DNA of 64,000 nt from the sequence record MH355584.1. One strand, written 5' to 3'. Below the pieces are notes generated by a model. It ran no database searches, had not been told where the DNA came from, and was given only the letters and a program-made list of their open reading frames with translations. The stretch's first letter is position 1. Each line of letters begins with the position of its first letter. A program made the position numbers and the translations under genes. The stretch is from Escherichia phage vB_EcoM_JB75. This document shows positions 27,458 through 37,436 of the stretch, piece by piece.

Positions 27458-28490
27458 TAATTTAATTCAGGCTCATGTAAAACCGGTCTAAACGGGGAAC
27501 CTCTCTAGTAGACAATCCCGTGCTAAATGTTCTTTTGAACTAAATGCCTAACGACTAACCGTGATGAATGTAGCGGTGTAGAATAGAAGCTAATGCTATT
27601 CGAAACGGCCGGCATCGAAAGATGAAGATATAGTCTAATCTGCATGGCGACATGCAGCAGTCATCTTGTATAAATAAGATTATCTTATGAATACGAGGTG
27701 AAACAATGAAATGGATAAAAAGACGTTGTACTAAAATAAAAGATAAAGACGCATTTACATACTTAGTTAAGTTTTCTAATGGCGACATTTATATCGGTTA
27801 TAAAAAATTTAGAACAATTAAAAACAAGCCCACAAACTGGAAAACTTACACAACGTCATCTAAGTATATAAATGAACGCTTAAAAACTGATACACCTACT
27901 AAATGGATAATTTTAAAAACATTTGATAGTTATAAAGATGCATTAAAACATGAAGAAGAGGTCATACGTAAGTATTTTTATAGCAAAAAATGTTTAAATA
28001 AATCCATAGGCGGTAAAAAGTTTTATAAGCATCCGGATACTGAAGAACATATTCAAAAATTAAGAGATGCTCATAAGGGTAAAGTGTTATCCGAATCTCA
28101 TAAAAACAATATAAAATCTTCTGTAGCTGAATATTATGCTAAAAACGGAAGATCTAAGGAACATGTGCAAAATAATATCAATAGTCGAAAAAGTAAAAAA
28201 CAAGTATCGATAAAGCTTAAAAATAAAACTTTTAGAAGTTTTAAAAAAGCAGCGGAATATTTAAATTGCACTGAAAGTGAAGTCGAAACTCATCCTCTTG
28301 TTTTGAGTATTAAGACTACTATTCATAAAGTTCCTGAATATGTGGTTGTTGACGGTATTAAGTATACGTCTTATATAGAAGCAGCTAAAGCGCTAAATTT
28401 TCATCCTAGCACTATAAAAGAACGTTGCATATCTATGGACTATCCAAATTTTGTTGTTTCATATAAACGGGCATGAATTTGCGACTCATG
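27458..28490 (+). mobile_element. Group I intron in nrdD carrying a homing endonuclease ORF
   Basis: Boundaries inferred: if the intron is 1033 nt as recalled for T4, this is the only placement with U before the 5' splice site and terminal G that restores the frame. Confidence 0.6.
27706..28476 (+). CDS. Intron-encoded homing endonuclease, I-TevII-like
   Basis: 256-aa basic ORF entirely inside the nrdD interruption, as for T4 I-TevII. Confidence 0.8.
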   Translation: MKWIKRRCTKIKDKDAFTYLVKFSNGDIYIGYKKFRTIKNKPTNWKTYTTSSKYINERLKTDTPTKWIILKTFDSYKDALKHEEEVIRKYFYSKKCLNKSIGGKKFYKHPDTEEHIQKLRDAHKGKVLSESHKNNIKSSVAEYYAKNGRSKEHVQNNINSRKSKKQVSIKLKNKTFRSFKKAAEYLNCTESEVETHPLVLSIKTTIHKVPEYVVVDGIKYTSYIEAAKALNFHPSTIKERCISMDYPNFVVSYKRA

Positions 28491-29782
28491 CTGAATATAA
28501 TGATGAAGTAAATACACTTTTCAGCTCTAATGGACAAACGCCTTTTGTAACAATTACATTTGGTACGGGAACTGACTGGACTGAACGAATGATTCAGAAA
28601 GCAATTCTGAAAAATCGTATTAAAGGTCTTGGTCGTGATGGGATAACTCCTATTTTCCCTAAGCTTGTTATGTTTGTTGAAGAAGGTGTTAATCTTTATA
28701 AAGACGATCCGAACTATGATATTAAGCAGCTTGCTCTAGAGTGCGCAAGCAAAAGAATGTATCCTGATATTATTTCAGCTAAGAACAATAAAGCTATCAC
28801 CGGCTCATCTATTCCTGTTTCTCCAATGGGTTGCCGCAGTTTCTTGAGTGTGTGGAAAGATTCAACCGGTAATGAAATTCTTGATGGACGTAATAATCTT
28901 GGTGTTGTAACACTGAATCTTCCTCGTATCGCATTAGATTCTTATATTGGAACACAGTTCAATGAACAGAAATTTATCGAATTGTTCAATGAGCGAATGG
29001 ATTTATGTTTTGAAGCTTTGATGTGTAGAATTAGTTCCTTAAAAGGAGTTAAAGCTACTGTTGCTCCTATTCTTTATCAAGAAGGTGCATTCGGGGTTCG
29101 TCTTAAACCTGATGACGATATAATTGAGTTATTTAAAAACGGCAGAAGTTCAGTGTCTTTAGGATACATTGGTATTCACGAATTGAATATTCTTGTCGGT
29201 CGTGATATTGGACGAGAAATTTTAACTAAAATGAATGCTCATCTTAAACAGTGGACTGAAAGAACCGGATTTGCTTTTAGTTTATATTCGACTCCTGCTG
29301 AAAACCTTTGTTATCGCTTCTGTAAACTTGATACAGAAAAATATGGAAGTGTAAAAGATGTTACCGATAAAGGCTGGTACACTAACAGTTTCCATGTTTC
29401 AGTAGAAGAAAATATTACTCCGTTTGAAAAGATTTCTCGTGAAGCGCCATATCATTTCATTGCGACAGGTGGTCACATTTCTTATGTTGAACTTCCTGAT
29501 ATGAAAAATAACTTGAAAGGTCTTGAGGCCGTATGGGATTATGCTGCACAACATTTAGATTATTTTGGTGTTAACATGCCGGTAGATAAATGTTTTACAT
29601 GCGGAAGTACCCATGAAATGACTCCTACTGAAAACGGATTTGTTTGTTCTATTTGTGGAGAAACTGATCCTAAAAAGATGAATACCATAAGAAGAACGTG
29701 TGGTTATTTGGGAAATCCTAACGAACGCGGATTTAATCTCGGTAAAAATAAAGAAATCATGCATAGGGTTAAACACCAATGA
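28491..29782 (+). CDS. nrdD: Anaerobic ribonucleotide reductase NrdD, exon 2
   Basis: C-terminal glycyl-radical domain (RTCGYLG) and Zn-ribbon CxxC...CxxC; 5' boundary inferred. Confidence 0.8.
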
Positions 29783-30249
29783 ATTATGATAGATTTTATC
29801 CTTGCGATTTTGTGAATGGCCCTGGTTGCAGGGTCGTTCTTTTCGTTACAGGTTGTTTGCATAAATGCGAAGGGTGTTATAATAAATCAACATGGAATGC
29901 TAGAAATGGTATTCCATTCACTGGTGAAACACTAGAACAATTAATTGAATGTTTGAATAATGATTATATAGAAGGATTAACTATAACTGGAGGAGACCCT
30001 CTCTATCCTGATAATCGAGATGTTATTCATTGCATCGTTCAAACAGTAAAAAATCTTTATCCCAATAAAAGCATTTGGTTGTGGACAGGATATAAGTTTG
30101 AAGATATTAAACAACTAGAAATGCTTAAATATGTTGATGTTATTATTGATGGGAAGTATGAGAAAAATCTTCCGACTAAAAAGCTATGGAGAGGATCAGA
30201 TAATCAGCGGCTTTGGTCAAATACCGATGGGGTGTGGAAACATGATTAA
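29779..30249 (+). CDS. nrdG: Anaerobic RNR activating enzyme NrdG (radical SAM)
   Basis: 156 aa; CxxxCxxC cluster (CLHKCEGC). Confidence 0.9.
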   Translation: MNYDRFYPCDFVNGPGCRVVLFVTGCLHKCEGCYNKSTWNARNGIPFTGETLEQLIECLNNDYIEGLTITGGDPLYPDNRDVIHCIVQTVKNLYPNKSIWLWTGYKFEDIKQLEMLKYVDVIIDGKYEKNLPTKKLWRGSDNQRLWSNTDGVWKHD

Positions 30250-30364
30250 ATTGAATTACATTATGGATACTATAAATGATATGATTTTTCATTTTGGTCC
30301 AGAATTTTATTCGCAGTATAGTTTAGTGCTTATCAATGCTTGGTTAATTAATTAAGGGTAAAAT

Positions 30365-30580
30365 ATGTATAAATTTCGTAAAGGTTTAGCTGATTTTCTT
30401 ACAACTGTAACATTCTTTCTGTTTATGGCAGTTGGAGCTATTTTCCTTATTCCTTTTATTGCTATATTTTTCGTGATTAGTTTGATTTCTCCAGAAAAGG
30501 GCTTATCTTCTAGTGAGTTCAATGAGCGTCTGGATAAAATTACTAACAAGCTGAATTCTGTTCTTGATAAAAAGGCTTAA
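30365..30580 (+). CDS. Small membrane protein (71 aa)
   Basis: Central transmembrane segment. Confidence 0.5.
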   Translation: MYKFRKGLADFLTTVTFFLFMAVGAIFLIPFIAIFFVISLISPEKGLSSSEFNERLDKITNKLNSVLDKKA

Positions 30581-30582
30581 TT

Positions 30583-30894
30583 ATGATTAGTTTTGAGCGG
30601 TATGTGGTAGAGAGTTGGAAGGGTTTTGACATGTTCGGTAATGACTATTATTTTTACGAATGTAGTCTAAATCCTAGTTTTTGGGCTGGACGTGAACGAG
30701 ATCTCGAAGAAATTAATGCTCGTGCCGAATTGTTAGGTGAACTGCCTACGGTTTATTTTACCTTTGATGCGTCTGGATTTGTTATCCAGGTTTATTTTCC
30801 TGAAGAAAACTCTGGTGAGGATTCTGTTAATCCTCCTTATTGGGCTTACCAAGGAATTATTTCTCGTGGAACAAAACTCGAACTTAAAGAATAA
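30583..30894 (+). CDS. Hypothetical protein (103 aa)
   Basis: ATG 2 nt after upstream stop. Confidence 0.5.
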   Translation: MISFERYVVESWKGFDMFGNDYYFYECSLNPSFWAGRERDLEEINARAELLGELPTVYFTFDASGFVIQVYFPEENSGEDSVNPPYWAYQGIISRGTKLELKE

Positions 30895-31189
30895 GATTGA
30901 AGTCTATGGAATTCCAGATGAAGTAGGTCGTTGTCCTGGATGTCAATCAGTTACAAAACTTCTAAAGGAGCTCAATGCTCCTTTTACTTTCTATAAAGTT
31001 CTTACAAATAACGGTAAGATTGAGTATGATCGTCCACTGATTGTATCTCTTGCTAAACGCGCTGGATTCACATCTCTTAACATTCGTTATCCAGTCATTT
31101 TCATTAATGATTCTAGACAAAAGAACATTAAACACTTCAAAGAAACTCTCATTTCACTTGGATATGATAGAGATATCATAGAAGACTAA
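30866..31189 (+). CDS. Glutaredoxin-like protein (NrdH-like)
   Basis: CPGC active-site motif; no in-frame ATG, likely GTG start at 30866 (10 nt after AAGGA) overlapping the upstream ORF. Confidence 0.55.
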   Translation: MEQNSNLKNKIEVYGIPDEVGRCPGCQSVTKLLKELNAPFTFYKVLTNNGKIEYDRPLIVSLAKRAGFTSLNIRYPVIFINDSRQKNIKHFKETLISLGYDRDIIED

Positions 31190-31192
31190 GAC

Positions 31193-31215
31193 AGGCCCTC
31201 TGGGCCTTTCTTTCT
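31193..31215 (+). terminator. Terminator-like hairpin
   Basis: AGGCCC-TCTG-GGCCT followed by T-rich run. Confidence 0.5.
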
Positions 31216-31287
31216 CACATTCTGTATATTACCATTCTAAGCTATCGTTCCTTTCTTATCATTCCCTAAAATAATTTTCACAAAGTT

Positions 31288-31317
31288 GTTTACAAGAAGT
31301 TCAAACTGTGGTATTAT
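31288..31317 (+). promoter_or_regulatory. T4-type early promoter
   Basis: -35 GTTTAC, 18-bp spacer, -10 TATTAT. Confidence 0.65.
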
Positions 31318-31347
31318 TAACATATGAATTACCTTTGAGGATTTGAT

Positions 31348-31530
31348 ATGGTTATGATTGATAAAGAAATTAAAAAGGGACAGTATTATCTTATTAATGG
31401 TAATGCTGTTCGCGTTACTTACGTAAATGGTTATGATGTTTATTATCTTATACTTAAGTTACATAAACACATGATTTGCGATCGTGCTGCATTTAGTTCA
31501 GTTGCTAAGGAAATTAAACTCCATGGGTAA
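31348..31530 (+). CDS. Hypothetical protein (60 aa)
   Basis: ATG after RBS GAGGA. Confidence 0.45.
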   Translation: MVMIDKEIKKGQYYLINGNAVRVTYVNGYDVYYLILKLHKHMICDRAAFSSVAKEIKLHG

Positions 31531-31816
31531 AACGTATCGTCGTAAAGACTTGAAAGTTCGTGATTATGACTATTTCGGAAAGCGTAAAGCTCCTGATGGT
31601 GTAAGTCATAAAGATATGGTTGAAAACATTTTTCGCTCAGATAAATGGCGTAGAATGAAAGGTATTGATTCAGAAGTTAAAGATGAGTTAAATCGTCAAT
31701 TACGCGGTGAAGTAAGAAAGTTGAAAAAATCAGTTTACATTGACGATGATTTTGATTATAATACTTCTCAACGAGTTGCTAAACGTAAATCAAACGAGTG
31801 TTATCGTTATAGCTGA
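31523..31816 (+). CDS. Hypothetical basic protein (97 aa)
   Basis: ATG overlapping upstream ORF end. Confidence 0.5.
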   Translation: MGKTYRRKDLKVRDYDYFGKRKAPDGVSHKDMVENIFRSDKWRRMKGIDSEVKDELNRQLRGEVRKLKKSVYIDDDFDYNTSQRVAKRKSNECYRYS

Positions 31817-31823
31817 GGAAAAT

Positions 31824-31955
31824 ATGAATATCAAACGAATGCTTTTTAAGCAGGGGTTATATACTTTAAATGTTACTCCAAAAGGCGATACAACTAAGTG
31901 GTCAGTAAATGACTGGATTAAATTTATTGATGAAAATGGCAATTGGGAAATTTAA
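31824..31955 (+). CDS. Hypothetical small protein (43 aa)
   Basis: ATG after RBS GAGGAAAA. Confidence 0.4.
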   Translation: MNIKRMLFKQGLYTLNVTPKGDTTKWSVNDWIKFIDENGNWEI

Positions 31956-32156
31956 ATGAATCCTGAATCTAAATTATCGCAGCGAATTGCTGAAGAACGC
32001 GCCAAATTTTTCCAGAACATGAAACACAATGGTATTGAGGATGAAGTTTTTCTAAATTGGTTCTGGAATAATAAGTATGCAGCATGTGAAGGAGCTTTGT
32101 CATTGTCAGTCGCAATGATGTACGAAGGCTGGAAGGGTGCCAAAAAGTTTAGCTAA
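31956..32156 (+). CDS. Hypothetical protein (66 aa)
   Basis: ATG directly after upstream stop. Confidence 0.5.
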   Translation: MNPESKLSQRIAEERAKFFQNMKHNGIEDEVFLNWFWNNKYAACEGALSLSVAMMYEGWKGAKKFS

Positions 32157-32174
32157 GGGCTTCGGCCCTTTTTG
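32155..32174 (+). terminator. Rho-independent terminator (UUCG tetraloop)
   Basis: AAGGGC-TTCG-GCCCTT plus T-run. Confidence 0.65.
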
Positions 32175-32208
32175 GATAATAAAATTTTAACGTAATTGAG
32201 GATAATGT

Positions 32209-32535
32209 ATGACTATTCAAATTAAAAACGTCATTAATTCTTACGCATATGATAAAGTAGTTTCTTTGCTAGAAAAAGGCGATATTGTAACTCCTCAAAT
32301 TTTGGATAAATGGGAAAAAGAGCTTCATCAGACGATGAAACAGAATGATCAGAAGATTGGACGCAATACTGTCCGTGAATTGTTGGTTCAATATATCTTG
32401 TCAGAATTTGATGTTAAAGCTTTTGGTGTAGAATCTAAAGCTTATCAAAAGCATGAAATTTCCGATAAAACTATTCGTCGCATGAAAAATCAACGCAAGA
32501 AAAAATTTGCAGACCTGAAAATTACTAAGGTATAA
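32209..32535 (+). CDS. Hypothetical protein (108 aa)
   Basis: ATG after RBS GAGGA. Confidence 0.55.
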   Translation: MTIQIKNVINSYAYDKVVSLLEKGDIVTPQILDKWEKELHQTMKQNDQKIGRNTVRELLVQYILSEFDVKAFGVESKAYQKHEISDKTIRRMKNQRKKKFADLKITKV

Positions 32536-32537
32536 TT

Positions 32538-32753
32538 ATGAACGAAGCTCTTATTAACGATTTACGTCTTGCTGGGTATGAAGTAAATACAAATGGCATT
32601 GGTTTAACTCAAATTGAAGGAAACGGATTCATCCTTGAGTATGAATTTAGCCAATGGTGGTTATATGCTAATTATGGCGAATTGATTGAATATGTTGATC
32701 AATTTGATTCACTAGATGCAGCTCTTGAAGCGGCTAAGTTGATGAATGTATGA
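32538..32753 (+). CDS. Hypothetical protein (71 aa)
   Basis: ATG 2 nt after upstream stop. Confidence 0.5.
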   Translation: MNEALINDLRLAGYEVNTNGIGLTQIEGNGFILEYEFSQWWLYANYGELIEYVDQFDSLDAALEAAKLMNV

Positions 32754-33019
32754 AATTTATTAATATTTCTATTACTATTGAAAATTATGGCATTTTCTAT
32801 GTTGACCAATACATGAAAATTTCATTTTTCCCAAATAAGACTGGTGTTGGATATTGGGAAAGCCATGTTTCTGAATTAAATGAAAGTGAATATGTTAGTA
32901 CACATGAAAAGTTTTTAGACTTTTTATATCATGCTGATTTAACTAGTCATTACATAGATATTCATGAATTTAAAAAGATGATGGAAAAAGTGTTCCAAGC
33001 ATACTGTTTACTTAGATAA
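32750..33019 (+). CDS. Hypothetical protein (89 aa)
   Basis: ATG overlaps upstream stop. Confidence 0.5.
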   Translation: MKFINISITIENYGIFYVDQYMKISFFPNKTGVGYWESHVSELNESEYVSTHEKFLDFLYHADLTSHYIDIHEFKKMMEKVFQAYCLLR

Positions 33020-33097
33020 CTGATATCCTCTATGCTTTAAGATAGATCTTCAAATATTATGATATAATAGATCTATGAATTGAGCTAAGAGGTGAAA

Positions 33098-33655
33098 ATG
33101 TCAGAAACTAAGCCTAAATATAATTACGTAAACAATAAAGAGCTTTTACAAGCTATTATTGATTGGAAAACAGAATTAGCAAATAATAAAGACCCAAATA
33201 AAGTAGTTCGTCAGAATGATACTATCGGATTAGCCATTATGCTTATTGCAGAAGGCTTATCTAAACGTTTCAACTTTTCAGGATACACCCAGTCTTGGAA
33301 ACAAGAAATGATTGCAGATGGTATAGAAGCTTCTATTAAGGGGCTTCACAATTTTGATGAAACGAAATATAAAAACCCGCATGCATATATAACTCAAGCT
33401 TGTTTTAATGCATTCGTCCAACGTATTAAAAAAGAACGTAAGGAAGTTGCAAAGAAATACAGTTACTTCGTTCACAATGTCTATGACAGCCGTGACGACG
33501 ATATGGTTGCGTTAGTAGATGAAACTTTTATTCAAGACATCTACGATAAAATGACGCATTACGAAGAATCAACCTATAGAACACCGGGGGCTGAAAAGAA
33601 AAGTGTTGTAGACGATTCTCCTAGTTTGGATTTTTTATATGAGGCTAACGATTAA
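33098..33655 (+). CDS. 55: Late-transcription sigma factor gp55
   Basis: 185 aa beginning [17 protein letters not shown], matches recalled T4 gp55. Confidence 0.95.
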
Positions 33656-33857
33656 CCTCTCCGGATTCTTGGAAGAAATACCTGAAGTTGAAGCTATTCC
33701 CTATTTACTTAAAATGTATCTCAGGGAAGTTTTAGCTCTTGACATTGATATTGATCCAGAAAATCCGTATGATACCGCTTTTAAATCTAATGGTGTAGAA
33801 TTAAATTACAGGTATCATTTAACAGATGATGATTTTTATTTTATATTAGAGAAATAA
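33639..33857 (+). CDS. Hypothetical protein (72 aa)
   Basis: ORF overlapping the gene 55 end. Confidence 0.45.
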
Positions 33858-33858
33858 T

Positions 33859-34176
33859 ATGACTGATAAACCCGAAATTAATGATGAAGTGGAAAAGCTT
33901 ATTTCTTCTATTGAAGAAAAGAACCGTCTTGAAGCAGAAAGAAAAGCAAATAAGTTATTGTCTAAAAACAAACGCGAACTGAATCGTCTTTATAAGCACG
34001 CTCAGATCGCAGCTGAAAACAATAATTTTGCTCAATACGAATATGCTATCAAGAAAAGTCGGGATATTCTGAAACAGCCATATAACGATGAACTCATCAG
34101 TATTCTTTGGAAGACTACTAGGTCGCAGATTGAGGATATGATTGATGCTTACACACGTAAAATTCAAGCGTCTTAA
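33859..34176 (+). CDS. Hypothetical protein (105 aa)
   Basis: ATG 1 nt after upstream stop. Confidence 0.5.
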   Translation: MTDKPEINDEVEKLISSIEEKNRLEAERKANKLLSKNKRELNRLYKHAQIAAENNNFAQYEYAIKKSRDILKQPYNDELISILWKTTRSQIEDMIDAYTRKIQAS

Positions 34177-34348
34177 AATTAATGCAGGATTTACTGAATC
34201 TTTGAATGGTCATCTTTGTGTGAAAATTTCTGAAAAAGAATACCATGATAGTTCAATTAAAGAAGTTAATCCTCCTATTGTAAGAGCAGACCCCAATATG
34301 AAAGTGTGGGTTGATTCTTATCAAGTCAAAAAATGGTGGCAGTTATGA
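34145..34348 (+). CDS. Hypothetical protein (67 aa)
   Basis: Overlaps upstream ORF; start uncertain. Confidence 0.4.
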   Translation: MLTHVKFKRLKINAGFTESLNGHLCVKISEKEYHDSSIKEVNPPIVRADPNMKVWVDSYQVKKWWQL

Positions 34349-34524
34349 AAGATGAACACCAGACTTCTGAAATAGATTATAATAAAATTCGTTCCTCTCA
34401 AGAGGAAATGATGAGACGCTTTAAAGAGTCTCATGATAAAGCTAAAGCAGAAGGAACTATAAAATATAAGCGCATAAAATTTAAAAGTTCTAACGAGCCT
34501 CTGTATGGCGTATTATGTGGATAG
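34345..34524 (+). CDS. Hypothetical protein (59 aa)
   Basis: ATG overlaps upstream stop (ATGA). Confidence 0.4.
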   Translation: MKDEHQTSEIDYNKIRSSQEEMMRRFKESHDKAKAEGTIKYKRIKFKSSNEPLYGVLCG

Positions 34525-34590
34525 GAGCTTCGGCTCCTATATTGCTTTATAAATTTTTGGTAAAATAAACCAAAACAAAGAGGATATTAA

Positions 34591-35793
34591 ATGAAAGTAT
34601 GTATTTTTATGGCTCGAGGTCTTGAAGGTTGTGGTGTAACAAAATTCTCACTCGAGCAACGTGATTGGTTTATTAAAAATGGTCATGAAGTAACTTTGGT
34701 TTATGCTAAAGATAAATCATTTACTCGTAATTGCGCGCATGATTATAAATCATTTTCAATTCCGGTTTTATTGGCAAAAGAATATGATAAAACACTTAAG
34801 CTGGTAAATGATTGTGATATTCTAATTATTAATTCAGTTCCTGCTACTTCGGTTGAAGAAGACACTATTAATAACTATAAAAAAATTATTGATAACATTA
34901 AACCTTCTGTTCGTGTTGTAGTTTATCAACATGACCATTCTTCTCTTTCTTTGCGTCGAAATTTGGGATTAGAAGAAACTGTTCGTCGAGCTGATGTTAT
35001 TTTTAGCCATTCTGATAATGGTGATTTTAATAAAGTTCTGATGAAAGAATGGTATCCAGAAACAGTTTCTCTGTTTGATGATATTGAAGAAGCGCCGACT
35101 GTATATAACTTTCAGCCTCCTATGGATATTGCGAAGGTTCGGTCAACCTACTGGAAAGATGTTTCTGAAATTAACATGAATATCAACCGTTGGATTGGTC
35201 GTACGACTACATGGAAAGGTTTTTATCAGATGTTTGATTTTCATGAAAAGCATCTTAAACCTGCAGGACTAAGTACTATTATGGAAGGTCTGGAACGTTC
35301 TCCAGCGTTCATTCCTATTAAAGAAAAAGGAATTCCATACGAGTATTATCGTCTTCATCAAGTAGACCAAATTAAAATTGCTCCTAATTTGCCAACGCAA
35401 ATTCTTGACCGTTATGTAAATAGCGAAATGCTTGAACGCATGAGTAAATCCGGATTTGGTTATCAGTTGAGTAAGTTGGATAAAAAATATCTGCAACGTT
35501 CTTTAGAATATACTCATCTCGAGCTTGGTGCATGTGGAACAATTCCGGTATTTTGGAAATCTACTGGCGAAAATTTAAAATTCCGTGTTGATAATACTCC
35601 TTTGACCTCGCATGATAGCGGTATCATTTGGTTTGATGAAAATGATATGGAATCAACGTTTGAACGTATTAAAGAACTGTCATCTGACCGAGCTCTTTAT
35701 GACCGTGAGCGAGAAAAAGCATATGAATTTTTGTATCAGCATCAAGATTCAAGCTTCTGCTTTAAAGAACAGTTTGACATTATTACAAAATAA
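34591..35793 (+). CDS. agt: DNA alpha-glucosyltransferase
   Basis: 400 aa, near-identical to recalled T4 alpha-gt (…CIFMARGLEGCGVTKFSLEQRDWFIKNGHEV…). Confidence 0.95.
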   Translation: MKVCIFMARGLEGCGVTKFSLEQRDWFIKNGHEVTLVYAKDKSFTRNCAHDYKSFSIPVLLAKEYDKTLKLVNDCDILIINSVPATSVEEDTINNYKKIIDNIKPSVRVVVYQHDHSSLSLRRNLGLEETVRRADVIFSHSDNGDFNKVLMKEWYPETVSLFDDIEEAPTVYNFQPPMDIAKVRSTYWKDVSEINMNINRWIGRTTTWKGFYQMFDFHEKHLKPAGLSTIMEGLERSPAFIPIKEKGIPYEYYRLHQVDQIKIAPNLPTQILDRYVNSEMLERMSKSGFGYQLSKLDKKYLQRSLEYTHLELGACGTIPVFWKSTGENLKFRVDNTPLTSHDSGIIWFDENDMESTFERIKELSSDRALYDREREKAYEFLYQHQDSSFCFKEQFDIITK

Positions 35794-35832
35794 AGGGCTT
35801 CGGCCCTTTAGCTTTATACGGAGTTTGATATA

Positions 35833-35973
35833 ATGATATTTCTTGGATATGTGATACTTTTTCTTGCATTTTATCTATTCACTAGAGCATGCTGGATTGG
35901 TTTCTTTAGCACACCAGATGGGTTTATTTCAATAATTTTATTTTGCATTTCAATGACGGTTCTTGATATATGA
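35833..35973 (+). CDS. Small hydrophobic protein (46 aa)
   Basis: Two hydrophobic segments; not in ORF track (<60 aa). Confidence 0.35.
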   Translation: MIFLGYVILFLAFYLFTRACWIGFFSTPDGFISIILFCISMTVLDI

Positions 35974-36989
35974 AAATTTTAAATTTAGGTGATTGGCATT
36001 TAGGCGTTAAAGCTGATGATGAGTGGATTCGCGGTATTCAAATTGATGGAATTAAGCAAGCGATAGAATATTCTAAGAAAAATGGAATTACTGTATGGAT
36101 TCAATATGGTGATATTTTTGATGTGCGAAAAGCAATCACGCATAAAACTATGGAGTTTGCCCGTGAAATAGTTCAAATGCTTGATGGTGCTGGAATCACA
36201 TTACATACTATTGTAGGAAATCACGATCTCCACTATAAAAATGTAATGCATCCAAATGCCTCTACTGAGCTTTTGGCTAAATATCCTAATGTTAAAGTAT
36301 ATGATAAGCCTACTACAGTAGATTTTGACGGATGTTTAATTGATTTAATTCCTTGGATGTGTGAAGAAAATACTGGTGAAATTCTTGAGCATATCAAAAC
36401 TTCATCTGCTTCTTTTTGTGTTGGTCACTGGGAACTGAATGGATTTTATTTTTATAAAGGAATGAAATCTCATGGTCTTGAACCTGATTTCCTTAAGACT
36501 TATAAAGAAGTGTGGTCTGGTCACTTCCATACTATTTCTGAGGCTGCTAACGTCAGATATATTGGGACACCATGGACACTAACAGCAGGTGACGAGAATG
36601 ACCCTCGTGGGTTCTGGATGTTTGATACAGAAACAGAACGAATGGAATTTATTCCAAATAATACTACCTGGCATCGTAGAATTCATTATCCATTTAAAGG
36701 AAAAATTGACTATAAAGATTTTACAAATCTATCAGTACGTGTTATAGTAACTGAAGTAGACAAAAATCTGACGAAGTTCGAATCTGAACTAGAGAAAGTT
36801 GTGCATTCATTACGAGTTGTGTCAAAGATTGATAACTCTGTCGAGTCAGATGACAGTGAAGAAGTTGAAGTTCAATCGCTTCAGACATTGATGGAAGAAT
36901 ACATTAATGCAATTCCAGACATCACCGATTCTGACCGTGAAGCACTTATTCAATATGCAAATCAGCTATATGTAGAGGCAACACAATGA
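35970..36989 (+). CDS. 47: Recombination nuclease subunit gp47 (Mre11-like)
   Basis: 339 aa; phosphoesterase motifs GDWH, GNHD, GHFH. Confidence 0.95.
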   Translation: MKILNLGDWHLGVKADDEWIRGIQIDGIKQAIEYSKKNGITVWIQYGDIFDVRKAITHKTMEFAREIVQMLDGAGITLHTIVGNHDLHYKNVMHPNASTELLAKYPNVKVYDKPTTVDFDGCLIDLIPWMCEENTGEILEHIKTSSASFCVGHWELNGFYFYKGMKSHGLEPDFLKTYKEVWSGHFHTISEAANVRYIGTPWTLTAGDENDPRGFWMFDTETERMEFIPNNTTWHRRIHYPFKGKIDYKDFTNLSVRVIVTEVDKNLTKFESELEKVVHSLRVVSKIDNSVESDDSEEVEVQSLQTLMEEYINAIPDITDSDREALIQYANQLYVEATQ

Positions 36990-37249
36990 CTTTTGATGAA
37001 TTTAAAAATGTTATGATGAGTCAGCATTTTGAATGCGAAGTAAAAGATGATATTGGGCATAAAGAAATTATTGAATATTGGTTTGAACCGCTAGAGGTTG
37101 AAGATAATTGTATTAAAAAGGTTACGGTCTGCACTGACTGGGCTGTATCCTTTAACTTCAACATTTTAGATAATGACACACCTAAATCATTACGAGATAT
37201 GGCCGTATCTTGTATTAAGGATGCATACTGTGAAGTTTTCGACATTTGA
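36986..37249 (+). CDS. Hypothetical protein (87 aa)
   Basis: ATG overlaps gene 47 stop. Confidence 0.55.
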   Translation: MTFDEFKNVMMSQHFECEVKDDIGHKEIIEYWFEPLEVEDNCIKKVTVCTDWAVSFNFNILDNDTPKSLRDMAVSCIKDAYCEVFDI

Positions 37250-37436
37250 CATTAATGATGAATTCATAGCAAACATTGATTATACCGAAGAAGATTCTAG
37301 ATATGTTGGAATAATTTATATTACATCAAAAACAGCACAAGGCGTTGTTTGCATGGCTGAATTTGATGAATACTTTTTAGATTATGATGATATGATAGAA
37401 TGGTCTAAAAGATACATTAAAAGGAATCTTTTGTGA
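37221..37436 (+). CDS. Hypothetical protein (71 aa)
   Basis: ATG after RBS AAGGA, overlaps upstream ORF end. Confidence 0.45.
   Translation: MHTVKFSTFDINDEFIANIDYTEEDSRYVGIIYITSKTAQGVVCMAEFDEYFLDYDDMIEWSKRYIKRNLL

Noticed and set aside
30896-31189. Apparent lack of a start codon for the NrdH-like glutaredoxin (possible ATT start or frameshift)
   Set aside because: An in-frame GTG at 30866 with AAGGA 10 nt upstream gives an ordinary overlapping start, so no recoding needs to be invoked.
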